32,555 bases of DNA, from assembly GCA_002686355.1 (NCBI GenBank), contig NZBV01000022.1, positions 1 to 32,555 on the forward strand. Direction: 5' to 3'. How positions within the stretch are numbered: position 1 is the first letter of the stretch; the number at the start of each line of letters is the position of its first letter. A program made the translations under genes and the position numbers. The notes under the pieces are model-generated. The model was not told where the DNA came from and ran no database searches. It worked only from the letters and a program-made list of their open reading frames with translations. Source of the stretch: Candidatus Pacearchaeota archaeon (GTDB taxonomy: Archaea; Nanobdellota; Nanobdellia; Pacearchaeales; GW2011-AR1). Shown here piece by piece: positions 15,802 through 24,443 of this stretch.

Positions 15802-17244
15802 TTATTTCTCAGGCTTCATAAAAGGAAACATAATTACATCGCGTATCGACGGTTGGTTTGTAAAAAGCATGATAACTCTTTCAATTCCAACACCAACTCC
15901 ACAAGCAGGAGGCATGCCATGCTCAAGTGCAGCCACAAAATTCTTGTCTGTTCCCATTGCCTCAACATTTCCTTTTTTTCTTTCTTCTTCTTGCTCTTTA
16001 AAATGCTTTGCCTGAAGTCCAGGATCATTTAACTCAGAATATGCCCGACCTAATTCCATACCCCCAACAAATGGCTGAAAAACCTCTGCCTTTGTAGGAT
16101 CCTTTTTATTTGGTTTTGCCAACGGCGCGAGCTCAATTGGATAATCAATTAAAAAAGTCGGTTGAATCAACTTGTGCCTAAACAACTTCATCAACTCATC
16201 AGCAAGAATCGTCTTTGTAATCCCAGTTGGCTCAATGCCATGCTTTTTTGCAATCTTCTTTGCCTCAGCATCACTTTTAACACGGCTGATATCTTCATTG
16301 AGATTCTCCTTAATTGCCTTAAGAATTGGAACACGCCTCCACTTTGCCAGATTAATCTTATGTCCTTGATACTTAAAAATCAACTTACCAAACAACTTCT
16401 TAGCAATAGTTTTAATCAATTCTTCAAACAAATCCATTCCATCATTATAATCTGCATATGCTTGGTACCATTCAATCGTCATGTGCTCTGGATTATGTTG
16501 CCTGTCAACACCCTCGTTCCTAAACTTCTTTGTAATCTCATAAACATTCTCAAATCCCCCAACCTGTGCTTTCTTCAAAAATAATTCAGGCGCAATACTC
16601 AAATACACATCAGAATTGTAAGCATCGCAATGCGTCTTAAACGGCTTTGCCAACGCCCCCCCATAAATTGTCTGCAACAACGGCGTCTCAACTTCAACAA
16701 ACTTTTTCTTTTTCATAAACTCCCTCATCACTTCCAAAATAATTGCCCGCGTCTCAAAAATCTTCCTCACCTCAGAATTCATAATCAAATCCAAATACCT
16801 CTTCCTGTATCTTTCTTCCTTGTCTTTCAAACCATGAAACTTTTCAGGCAATGGCTTAATTGCTTTGCTCAACAGCTCTAACTTCTTCACCAAAATCGAA
16901 ACCTCCCCAGTCTTTGTCTTAATCACCTTCCCACTAATCCCAACAAAATCTCCTGTATCAACATATTTCTTAAAAAATTTCCTAACTTTCGTCGATGTTC
17001 CACCTTCTTGCAAAACAATTTGCATCCCCCCAGAGAAATCCTGCAAACTCGCAAACGAAATCCTCCCAAGTTCTCTCTTTGTCATCAATCTGCCAGCAGT
17101 CTTCACAGAACTCCCTAACTTCTTCAAACACTCAACAACATTCTGTTTTTTATCAAACTTATGGGGATATGGCTCAACCCTTAATTCTCGCAACTCTGTT
17201 ATCTTCCTCTTTCTTTCATTAATAATCTGTTTCTCACGACTCAT
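15802..17244 (-). CDS. lysS: Lysine--tRNA ligase, class II
   Basis: The 480-aa product has an N-terminal OB-fold anticodon-binding region and class II motifs (KKFRNEGVDRQHNPEHMTIEWYQAYADY; GVGVGIERVIMLF). Confidence 0.95.
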   Translation of the reverse strand: MSREKQIINERKRKITELRELRVEPYPHKFDKKQNVVECLKKLGSSVKTAGRLMTKRELGRISFASLQDFSGGMQIVLQEGGTSTKVRKFFKKYVDTGDFVGISGKVIKTKTGEVSILVKKLELLSKAIKPLPEKFHGLKDKEERYRKRYLDLIMNSEVRKIFETRAIILEVMREFMKKKKFVEVETPLLQTIYGGALAKPFKTHCDAYNSDVYLSIAPELFLKKAQVGGFENVYEITKKFRNEGVDRQHNPEHMTIEWYQAYADYNDGMDLFEELIKTIAKKLFGKLIFKYQGHKINLAKWRRVPILKAIKENLNEDISRVKSDAEAKKIAKKHGIEPTGITKTILADELMKLFRHKLIQPTFLIDYPIELAPLAKPNKKDPTKAEVFQPFVGGMELGRAYSELNDPGLQAKHFKEQEEERKKGNVEAMGTDKNFVAALEHGMPPACGVGVGIERVIMLFTNQPSIRDVIMFPFMKPEK

Positions 17245-17282
17245 ATTTTAGAAAAAGAAAAATAGTTTTTATATTTAATCGT

Positions 17283-17711
17283 TTACCCTTTTACAAATTT
17301 CTTTTTGTAAAACCCTCTTTTTGTCAGTTCTCTGTTCAGCAGCTCATCTGCAATTCTTTGATAATAATTTTCTCTTCGAACATACCTGTATCTTATTAAA
17401 TCAAAATTTTCCTGCAACTTCTGGACTTTTAAAAATAAAGGCAAAAGCCGTGGATTTTTTACTTTATATTTTCCAAACAACTGATTCACAACAAGCTCTG
17501 AATCTAAACAACATGTGATTTTCTTGCCAAATTTTGATGCCATTTCAAGGGCCTTAATAAGAGCCTCATATTCTGCAATATTATTTGTAATCTGCCTTCC
17601 TATAAATGCGCTATATTTAGTTAAAATTGTTTTATCTTTACGAACAAGAACTCCAATTGCACCTGGCCCTGGATTCCCACGGCATCCTCCATCAGAACTA
17701 GTGTAAATCAT
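17283..17711 (-). CDS. rnhA: Ribonuclease HI
   Basis: SDGGCRGNPGPGAIGVLV, NNIAEYEALIKALE and LDSELVVNQL form the D-E-D catalytic pattern of type 1 RNase H. The track ORF starts at 17759. The internal ATG at 17711 (MIYTSSDGG) fits family N-termini better. Confidence 0.85.
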   Translation of the reverse strand: MIYTSSDGGCRGNPGPGAIGVLVRKDKTILTKYSAFIGRQITNNIAEYEALIKALEMASKFGKKITCCLDSELVVNQLFGKYKVKNPRLLPLFLKVQKLQENFDLIRYRYVRRENYYQRIADELLNRELTKRGFYKKKFVKG

Positions 17712-17763
17712 GATTGATGAAAAAGACTGGGATTTAAATAGAATTATCTTAATCAACAAGTAA

Positions 17764-18039
17764 CTAAATATGCAACACCTTGAAATTACGAAAATCTTGA
17801 AAAGTTTCTAGCTTGATTTTGACATCACGAATCTGAGCGTGCCGCGGCCCTTTTTTACAAATTTCAATCATCTGATTAACCTTATCAGCATCTCCTTCAA
17901 GAAAAGCCTCAACTCTACCATCTTCAAGATTCCGCACAAAACCCCTGACATCCAACTTCTCTGCACTTTGTTTTACAAACAACCGAAAAAAAACTCCCTG
18001 GACTATCCCTGTAATATACAATCGCACTGATTTCTTCAT
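17764..18039 (-). CDS. acyP: Acylphosphatase
   Basis: The 91-aa product has the signatures V.GIVQGVFFR and RGFVRNLEDGRVEAFLEG. Confidence 0.9.
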   Translation of the reverse strand: MKKSVRLYITGIVQGVFFRLFVKQSAEKLDVRGFVRNLEDGRVEAFLEGDADKVNQMIEICKKGPRHAQIRDVKIKLETFQDFRNFKVLHI

Positions 18040-18281
18040 ATGAAAGGAAGATTATAGGGATTATTAAATATTTTTCCTTTTTATTTAGGAACACAATTAT
18101 CACATCCATCTCCAACATAAGTTTTCCAGTCATAAACTAGGTTGATTTCGTATCTTCTTTTACATCCTTTATCATTTAGGTCTTTTGTTCTGTATTCTTT
18201 CCTATTGTAGGGGATGTTATTATCCTCTCTTCTGGTTTCATCTAAAATTAGAATAAAATACCTATTTTTAAGCTTGTTGAT

Positions 18282-18863
18282 TTAGATACCTCTTCTATCT
18301 AATTCATTATTCACAACAGCAAAAACCTGTGAGGCAAAATAAGTTTTAGAGCCAACAGAAACAGGGATTGCGGTTTGTTTTAATCTTTTCATTTCCTTTT
18401 TAGGCAAACCTTCATGGTCGCCAATCACAAAAACACAATTCTCCCCTATCTCTACCTCTCTTAAATCTTCCCCTCTTTTATTCAGGATAAAAATCTGATT
18501 TCCCTGCTCTTCAAGCTCCTCTACAACTCTCAAAAAACTCTTTTTCTCAACAAAACATCCCGGAAGAACTTCTCTTTTCTCTCCCTCTTTATATTTATAC
18601 AGCAGCTTTTGAATAACTTTTGCAACGTCTTTTTTGCTTATTGGAGTATCTTCTTTGACTTGAATCTCAATGTGCTTTGGAGGATCAGGCATTCCATAAA
18701 AAATAAAATGAAATTTCACATCTTTGCGAAAGTTATGGCTTAAAAAAATTCCCTGAATAAGAGAGTGGATTGCAATGTCCATCCTGCCGGCTTTCATCAA
18801 ATCTCCTGAAAGCGCCTTTCCACTTGTAACAGCCTTGCCTGAAAAATATATTAAATGTTTCAT
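18282..18863 (-). CDS. trmY: tRNA (pseudouridine54-N1)-methyltransferase TrmY (SPOUT)
   Basis: The 193-aa product has GRMDIAIHSLIQGIFLSHNFRKDVKFHFIFYGMPDPPKHIEI and CVFVIGDHEGL. These match the archaeal TrmY (Mj1640-type) pattern. The ATG overlaps the Cbf5 stop (ATGA at 18860-18863). Confidence 0.85.
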   Translation of the reverse strand: MKHLIYFSGKAVTSGKALSGDLMKAGRMDIAIHSLIQGIFLSHNFRKDVKFHFIFYGMPDPPKHIEIQVKEDTPISKKDVAKVIQKLLYKYKEGEKREVLPGCFVEKKSFLRVVEELEEQGNQIFILNKRGEDLREVEIGENCVFVIGDHEGLPKKEMKRLKQTAIPVSVGSKTYFASQVFAVVNNELDRRGI

Positions 18864-19723
18864 TTTTTAATCTCCTGCATAACAAATTCTGCTCTTGCAA
18901 ATATTTCTTCCTCGCTTGTTATTTTATACATCCCAACAAATCTCTTATCACAAAAGACACTAATCACTTCGCCTTTCTTAAACTTTCTTGTGCTGATAAC
19001 ATCTTCTTTGTAAATCGGCTTGCCTGTGAAAATCTGTTTTAAATTATCAGATTTGATTTGAACAACAGGGTAAACTTTTTTTATTATCTCTTCAGCAGGA
19101 ATTATGGTTTTATCTAGTTCATTATTTTCAATTGCTCTTTCAAAATCATACAAATTCAAAAATTCCTTATCATTCTCTGAAAAAATTCCAGCACGCGTTC
19201 GTCTTAATTCTAACATATGTGCTCCAATACCCAATTCTTTTCCTAAATCATCGATTAATTTTCTGATATAAGTCCCTCCTTCAACTTCTGCTCTAAATAA
19301 AATATTCTTTCCATCTTTTTCTAATAATTCAAATTTCTTAATTTCTCTTTCCCTCTCTTGCCTTTTTACTCTAGATTTAACAGGAGGAGTTTGCTTAATT
19401 TTTCCTAAAAACTTTTTCTTAATAACTTTTGCAATATCTTTTAATTCAACATCTTCATGAATTCTCATAACCCCAATATACTCTTTATCCTCCCCTAAAA
19501 AATAACCAGTAAGCTTGCACGCTCGATTCAATGCAATTGGCAAAACTCCTGTAACCATTGGGTCAAGTGTTCCAAAGTGCGAAGTTTTTCTTAAGTTTAG
19601 TTTTTTACGAACAAGATTTGAAATAGTAAAACTCGTAGGACCTGATGGTTTGTCTATGTTTAGAATTCCGAATTCTAGGAGTTCTAAGAGAGGTCTTTTT
19701 TCCTTAATTTTTTCAATGCTCAT
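18860..19723 (-). CDS. cbf5: tRNA/rRNA pseudouridine synthase Cbf5 (TruB family with a C-terminal PUA domain)
   Basis: GILNIDKPSGPTSFT and HFGTLDPMVTGVLPIAL (catalytic Asp). The PUA-like C-terminus is VISVFCDKRFVGMYKI. Confidence 0.9.
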   Translation of the reverse strand: MSIEKIKEKRPLLELLEFGILNIDKPSGPTSFTISNLVRKKLNLRKTSHFGTLDPMVTGVLPIALNRACKLTGYFLGEDKEYIGVMRIHEDVELKDIAKVIKKKFLGKIKQTPPVKSRVKRQEREREIKKFELLEKDGKNILFRAEVEGGTYIRKLIDDLGKELGIGAHMLELRRTRAGIFSENDKEFLNLYDFERAIENNELDKTIIPAEEIIKKVYPVVQIKSDNLKQIFTGKPIYKEDVISTRKFKKGEVISVFCDKRFVGMYKITSEEEIFARAEFVMQEIKK

Positions 19724-19872
19724 GAAAACTCAACTCTCTAAATCTTTATAAATTTTTAATTAATAGATTTTTTATGTGCGAGATAATAGGATATTGGAAT
19801 AATCAAAAATAATTATAGAATTGTTTTCTGTATTAATTATTTTTTATCAATTGCGAGGCAATGCAAAGCCAA

Positions 19873-20460
19873 TTATTTCTCCAGCGCCATTCTTTTCGGC
19901 TGTGTCTTCTGCTTAGCCTTCCCCCCAGTTTGAGTTTTCATTTGTTTTGCCTGTAATTTTTCTAGTTGCTTTGTTGCTTCTGCACCTGCCTTAACTTTTT
20001 CCTTCTCCTCTTCCTTTTCCTCTTCAGTCTTCTTCTCTCCTCCTGGTTTTCCTCTAACAGAATCCTGGACTTTCTCTTTAAGAGTTTTTTTCTTATTTAT
20101 TGCTTCTTTAGCTTTTGCTTCTATCTTCTCTTCTCTTAATTTCTTGAATTTTAACTTTGTAGGGAGTTCAGCAAGTTCCACCTGAATAATATCTCCTTCC
20201 TTCACAGCTTTAACTCTAATTTTCGCAGGAGGTTTTTTAATCCCCCTGAACCAGACGAACTCATTAAGATATTTGTCAATCTTAATTTTCTTCAAATCTC
20301 TGTCATAAATTTTCATATGCTTAACTAAAAAAACTTTAATCGTCTTCACAGCCCTGTTCGCTTTCTTGTACTTAGGAATCTTTTGAGTTTCCCTCCTAAG
20401 CGGGATAACATACTCTCTTTCAACTTTCTCTATTTTTGGTTTTGGTTTTTTAGTTGCCAT
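19873..20460 (-). CDS. rpl31e: Ribosomal protein L31e with a ~100-aa Lys/Glu-rich C-terminal extension
   Basis: The L31e core is EREYVIPLRR...RAVKTIKVFLVKHMK...VKIDKYLNEFVWFRGIKKPPAKIRVKA. It is followed by the low-complexity tail KFKKLREEKIEAKAKEAINKKK...EEEKEEEKEKVKAG... Confidence 0.9.
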   Translation of the reverse strand: MATKKPKPKIEKVEREYVIPLRRETQKIPKYKKANRAVKTIKVFLVKHMKIYDRDLKKIKIDKYLNEFVWFRGIKKPPAKIRVKAVKEGDIIQVELAELPTKLKFKKLREEKIEAKAKEAINKKKTLKEKVQDSVRGKPGGEKKTEEEKEEEKEKVKAGAEATKQLEKLQAKQMKTQTGGKAKQKTQPKRMALEK

Positions 20461-20462
20461 TT

Positions 20463-20759
20463 TTATCTTCTGTGTGTATTAGTCACAAGATAGTCTATCA
20501 AATTTTTTGATTTATCAATTCCCATCTTTTCTCCTCTTTCACTACCGCAAATATTTACTTCTCGCGCTTTACTTTCCTCTGTCTTACATACAATTAAAAT
20601 CATTAATCCATCGTAGACTTGAAAGATATGTTTGGTAGAAAGATAATCTCTGTCATTGATTATCGCTCCATGATATAACGCGTCCTGTTTATCAGATTTT
20701 AGATTTCTTTCCATAGTTTCAGTAGGTTTTTTTAATATAGATTTAATCATTTTATCCAA
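20463..20759 (-). CDS. Hypothetical protein embedded in the r-protein operon
   Basis: The 98-aa ORF exactly fills the L39e-L31e gap. It overlaps L39e by 8 nt, and its stop lies 2 nt before the L31e ATG. I recognise no family. Confidence 0.45.
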   Translation of the reverse strand: MDKMIKSILKKPTETMERNLKSDKQDALYHGAIINDRDYLSTKHIFQVYDGLMILIVCKTEESKAREVNICGSERGEKMGIDKSKNLIDYLVTNTHRR

Positions 20760-20955
20760 AGTGTGATTTCCTCTGCTTTCGCGGTTTCACATGTAATTTA
20801 GTTCTTCTCCAACTTCTTCTATGATGTGTCATTGCCGACGGATGCACCCGCTTTCCAATCCCATACTTTTTTAGCACCGCCCACACAGGCGCCCACTTTG
20901 TTCTCCTGCCTGCTTTTGCAAGTTTTGATTTTTTTTGTTGATTTTTTATTCCCAT
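20752..20955 (-). CDS. rpl39e: Ribosomal protein L39e
   Basis: KSKLAKAGRRTKWAPVWAVLK...HHRRSWRRTKLHV is the typical L39e basic pattern. Confidence 0.85.
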   Translation of the reverse strand: MGIKNQQKKSKLAKAGRRTKWAPVWAVLKKYGIGKRVHPSAMTHHRRSWRRTKLHVKPRKQRKSHFG

Positions 20956-20956
20956 T

Positions 20957-21385
20957 TTATTTCACTGCCTCTATAAATTTTCTTCCTTTCTCAGTTAAAA
21001 TTCGTCCTGGCTTTTTTCTTCTTACACCCCTGACGGATTTTTGGATTTCAGTAAAACCAGCAGCATCTGCTTGTTGCAGAGCAACCCGGATTATTTTTCC
21101 TCCTGCTTTTTTGAATTTTTCTGGTTGCATTCCTCTGTTCTTCTTGCTCCCATACTTTGTTCTTAGCCTATTAACTCCTATAACTTTCCTCCGATATATC
21201 TGTCTTAGAATACTCGCAGCACGCTTATACCAAAAATCCTCCTCCCCAATCGGCCTCTCTTTTGCACTCCCTGATTTAACAAACCAAATCCATTCAGGCG
21301 CCTTGAACTCTGGAATTTTTTTCAAAGCTTCTGCTAATTTTAAATTAAACTCCTGAGCAGATAATTCATATACTGGATTTTCCAT
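20957..21385 (-). CDS. rps19e: Ribosomal protein S19e
   Basis: APEWIWFVKSGSAKERPIGEEDFWYKRAASILRQIY...GVNRLRTKYGSKKNRGMQPEKFKKAGGKIIRVALQQ. The start is probably MENPVY at 21385 (the track starts at 21400). Confidence 0.9.
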   Translation of the reverse strand: MENPVYELSAQEFNLKLAEALKKIPEFKAPEWIWFVKSGSAKERPIGEEDFWYKRAASILRQIYRRKVIGVNRLRTKYGSKKNRGMQPEKFKKAGGKIIRVALQQADAAGFTEIQKSVRGVRRKKPGRILTEKGRKFIEAVK

Positions 21386-21709
21386 GTTGCCACATCTCAC
21401 GATGTTAGATAGTCAGCGACTATTTAGCTAGGACTAAATGAAAATTATGATTTATAAGGTTTTGGTTAATAAAAAGCACGGCCTAATTCTTCAAAATCTT
21501 TTTTATCTCTCTCTTCCCTAGAAGTTATTGTTAAAAAAACATTTATGTTATGTATATTCCTCCCACTTCTCAAAAAACCTCTATATTGTCCCTCTTCGGA
21601 AGAGCCTTTAATCTTTCTTGATATTATTCCAATTTCCTTTATCTAATCGTAGTTCTCATACCCAATTCAAGAAAATCGTTTTGTATTAATCCCTATGCCC
21701 AAAAATATA

Positions 21710-21958
21710 TTATTTAGAACTATTTTTTCTCAGCTTCCTCAAAACAATAACATATCCAATAATCCTTGCAGAATAAGCCCTACCCAGTTTTTTTAACAAA
21801 CTATCCTTAATCTTTTTCAATTCATCTCTGTCCCTGCATGCACTCCTGAGAACTTTTATCCTGACAACCTTATTTTTTTTAAAATGATTCTCAATAGTTT
21901 TAATGAAATTTTCTGTTATTCTATTCTTACCAATCTGGCAGAAGATTATTTTTGCCAT
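21710..21958 (-). CDS. YhbY/CRM-domain RNA-binding protein
   Basis: The 82-aa product is QIGKNRITENFIKTIENHFKKNKVVRIKVL....IKDSLLKKLGRAYSARIIGYVIVLRK. This matches the CRS1/YhbY pattern (IGKNG.t...i..i...l..hELvKvkvl). Confidence 0.8.
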   Translation of the reverse strand: MAKIIFCQIGKNRITENFIKTIENHFKKNKVVRIKVLRSACRDRDELKKIKDSLLKKLGRAYSARIIGYVIVLRKLRKNSSK

Positions 21959-21962
21959 TTCC

Positions 21963-22340
21963 TTAAATAACCTCCCATCGTTTTAAAAACTCCTGAATGT
22001 CTTTTTTCTTAACTTTAATACTTTTTAATTTTTTAACTCCAAATGTTCCTATCTTCATTCCAGTATCTTTGTAAATGTCTTTTCCCTTAAATCGGTGGAC
22101 AACAATGTCTGATTTATTTTTCTTCCAGTCTTTGCTGTATGCAGCGCAAAAAATTGCAGCTTTTTTTAGGTCCTCCCTACACACTTTTCCCTTGATATTC
22201 ACAAACGGGCTGCCAGGAGCATCAGTGTGAAAAACCTCTTCTTCTTTTCTGGCCTGTTTAACCAACTCTTCATTATTCCTTGCATTTCTGCCTGCAAAAA
22301 TAATTGTTCCCCTGTCTGTTAAAATCTCACGAAATTTCAT
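21963..22340 (-). CDS. Stand-alone NFACT-R (DUF814) domain protein
   Basis: The 125-aa product has IIFAGRNARNNEELVKQARKEEEVFHTDAPGSPFV and SDIVVHRFKGKDIYKDTGMKIGTFGV. These match the NFACT-R/CCDC25-like pattern (G.n...Ne.l......d.wfH......S.hV; V.v.yt....v.K). Confidence 0.75.
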   Translation of the reverse strand: MKFREILTDRGTIIFAGRNARNNEELVKQARKEEEVFHTDAPGSPFVNIKGKVCREDLKKAAIFCAAYSKDWKKNKSDIVVHRFKGKDIYKDTGMKIGTFGVKKLKSIKVKKKDIQEFLKRWEVI

Positions 22341-22356
22341 AATCAGATAAACCTCC

Positions 22357-22815
22357 TTAATTTTTTAAATTATTCGTTAACCATGAATTAACAATTTTTA
22401 AACACATCTTTTGGTTTGACCATTTTAATTTTTTCAGGGCATCAGAAAAACTAACCCACTTGTAATCAGAATGTTCTTCTTTGCTCAATCGGATTTTTGA
22501 CATCTTAACTTCAACAGCATAAAGTTTATAACTCTGTCCAACAAAGCCTTTTTTGTCAGAGTATTTTTTATCATACTCATATTTCCCCTGTTTATTAAAT
22601 TTCTTTATCTCTAAAATTTTCAAACCTGTTTCTTCCTTAATCTCCCTCCCGATAGCCATTCTTTCTGTTTCATAAAATCTCCTTCCCCCCTTAGGAAATT
22701 CCCATCCTTTCCAGTGCAATTTTCTTTTTAGAATCGAGTACCTAACTCCTTGTTCAGTCTTTGCATATATCACAATAAAAAGCGCACGACGGTATTTCAT
22801 CTTAACACCATTCAT
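22357..22815 (-). CDS. Nudix hydrolase (Ap4A-hydrolase/Nudt2-like pattern)
   Basis: The Nudix box is GWEFPKGGRRFYETERMAIGREIKEETGL. The downstream YKLYAVEVKMSKIRLSKEEHSDYKWVSF resembles the YWLAEVK...LS.EH..Y.W segment of asymmetric Ap4A hydrolases. An alternative start lies at 22800. The long form overlaps the rbcL 3' end by 14 nt. Confidence 0.85.
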   Translation of the reverse strand: MNGVKMKYRRALFIVIYAKTEQGVRYSILKRKLHWKGWEFPKGGRRFYETERMAIGREIKEETGLKILEIKKFNKQGKYEYDKKYSDKKGFVGQSYKLYAVEVKMSKIRLSKEEHSDYKWVSFSDALKKLKWSNQKMCLKIVNSWLTNNLKN

Positions 22816-24058
22816 TTAATGCTTCTTCTAACTCAACATGTGTCCTTGCATACTCTTTCAAACTCTTTTTTTTCAACACAGCATCAACGGCTTGCCTCAT
22901 TGCAATTGCTCCTGCCTGTGTTCCAAACGGATGTCCGTGAATCCCTCCTCCTGCCTGAATAACTAAATCTTTTCCCAAATGTTTGATCAAGAAAGGGACG
23001 TGGCCGGGATGAAGCCCGCCCGACGACACAGGCATAACTGGTTTGATATTTCTCCAGTCTTGCGTTAACATCTTTTCTGTTTTCTTAACTTTCATTCTTG
23101 AGATATCTTCCTTGATTTCTCTTATGTCTTTTATTTTCCCTTCGAGTTTTCCAATGCCTGTTCCAATATGAATCTGGTCAACACCAATTAATCTCGCAAA
23201 GTCTGCAATAACTTTCATGCTCATTCCATGCTCGGGATTTCTGTCAAAAGCCGCATGCATTGCCCGATGCGCGTGAATTGCAAGTTTAAAATTAGCCTCA
23301 CGAAGAGTCTGAATAGCAGCCCAGCCAGAAGTTAGAATATCAACCATTATATATTTGCTCCCCATTTTCTCAGCCAGTTGTGCGCGTTTTAACATCTCTT
23401 TTGTCTCAGCAGTAGCATTAACCAAATAAACTTTTTTTTCTCCTGTTTCTTTCTCAGTTTTGTCGGCCATTTCCAAAGTCTTGGCTAATCTCTTTTCAAA
23501 AACATTAAATTTTTGCGATGCTAAATTTTCGTCATCTTTTACAATGTCACAACCCCCTTTCCATGATTCATAAGCAGACTCAGCATGATGCTTTGGGTTC
23601 AGCCCAAGTTTTGGTTTGATGATTGTACCAATAAACGGACGGTTCTTAACTTTCAACAGTCTTCTGACACCTTTAATTCCATACCTCGGGCCTTTGAATT
23701 TTCCCAAAATCTTTGTAGGAAAACTAATGTCTTCAAGTCTTATTGATTTAACAGCTTTCATACCAAAAATATTTCCGGCAATTGACGACAAGATATTTGG
23801 GATATTATCTTTTTCAAAAAGTTCCGAGGGATAGGCAATTTTTATCCAGCCATTTCTCTTTATTGAAAAAACTTTTGCTTTCAGTTTTTCAACATAATCC
23901 CTCTCTTTTATTTTTGTCCATGTTCCAACACTTGATTCAAGTGCAACAGTGTTTGCAGCTTTTTCAAGAGAAATGCGATTAGGAACAATTTTAAACAAAC
24001 AAACCAAATCATCCCGCGGTTTGTATTTTAAGTTTATGAAATCAAGCCTCTTTTTCAT
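22802..24058 (-). CDS. rbcL: Ribulose-1,5-bisphosphate carboxylase large subunit, form III (archaeal type)
   Basis: The 418-aa product has the catalytic motifs GTIIKPKLGL, GGCDIVKDDENL (carbamylated Lys plus metal ligands), IHAHRAMHAA, SSGGLHPG and GGGIHGHP. No small-subunit gene lies nearby. Confidence 0.95.
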   Translation of the reverse strand: MKKRLDFINLKYKPRDDLVCLFKIVPNRISLEKAANTVALESSVGTWTKIKERDYVEKLKAKVFSIKRNGWIKIAYPSELFEKDNIPNILSSIAGNIFGMKAVKSIRLEDISFPTKILGKFKGPRYGIKGVRRLLKVKNRPFIGTIIKPKLGLNPKHHAESAYESWKGGCDIVKDDENLASQKFNVFEKRLAKTLEMADKTEKETGEKKVYLVNATAETKEMLKRAQLAEKMGSKYIMVDILTSGWAAIQTLREANFKLAIHAHRAMHAAFDRNPEHGMSMKVIADFARLIGVDQIHIGTGIGKLEGKIKDIREIKEDISRMKVKKTEKMLTQDWRNIKPVMPVSSGGLHPGHVPFLIKHLGKDLVIQAGGGIHGHPFGTQAGAIAMRQAVDAVLKKKSLKEYARTHVELEEALNEWC

Positions 24059-24110
24059 AACAAGAATAAAAAAGTTTAGCTTATAAGTTTTTTCAAAAAA
24101 TTAAACAGAC

Positions 24111-24443
24111 TTAGTTATACCCTTTTGTGGTACTAATACATGTCTTTTGGCTTGAATGCACAACTCCTTTTTCATCAATATACCATGTTCTTCCGTTTGG
24201 GTTTTCCATAGGACCAAGAATTTCCCTAGCTGGTTTAGAATACATTTGTGTTAATTCTTCTACACCTGAAATTATCCCAAAAACTCTTTCCCAATTTTCT
24301 TCTCGAATATATCTATCAAATAAACTATTTAATTCTTTTACTGATTTATCATAGTCTTTGCTAGAGAGAGAACCCTTTTTTGTTTGAAGTTTTTTAATTT
24401 GTCTATCAATTTTTTTGAATTTTTCATCTAAACTTTTTGTCAT
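24111..24443 (-). CDS. Hypothetical protein
   Basis: 110-aa ORF with no recognisable motif. It has its own upstream AT-rich region. Confidence 0.45.
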   Translation of the reverse strand: MTKSLDEKFKKIDRQIKKLQTKKGSLSSKDYDKSVKELNSLFDRYIREENWERVFGIISGVEELTQMYSKPAREILGPMENPNGRTWYIDEKGVVHSSQKTCISTTKGYN

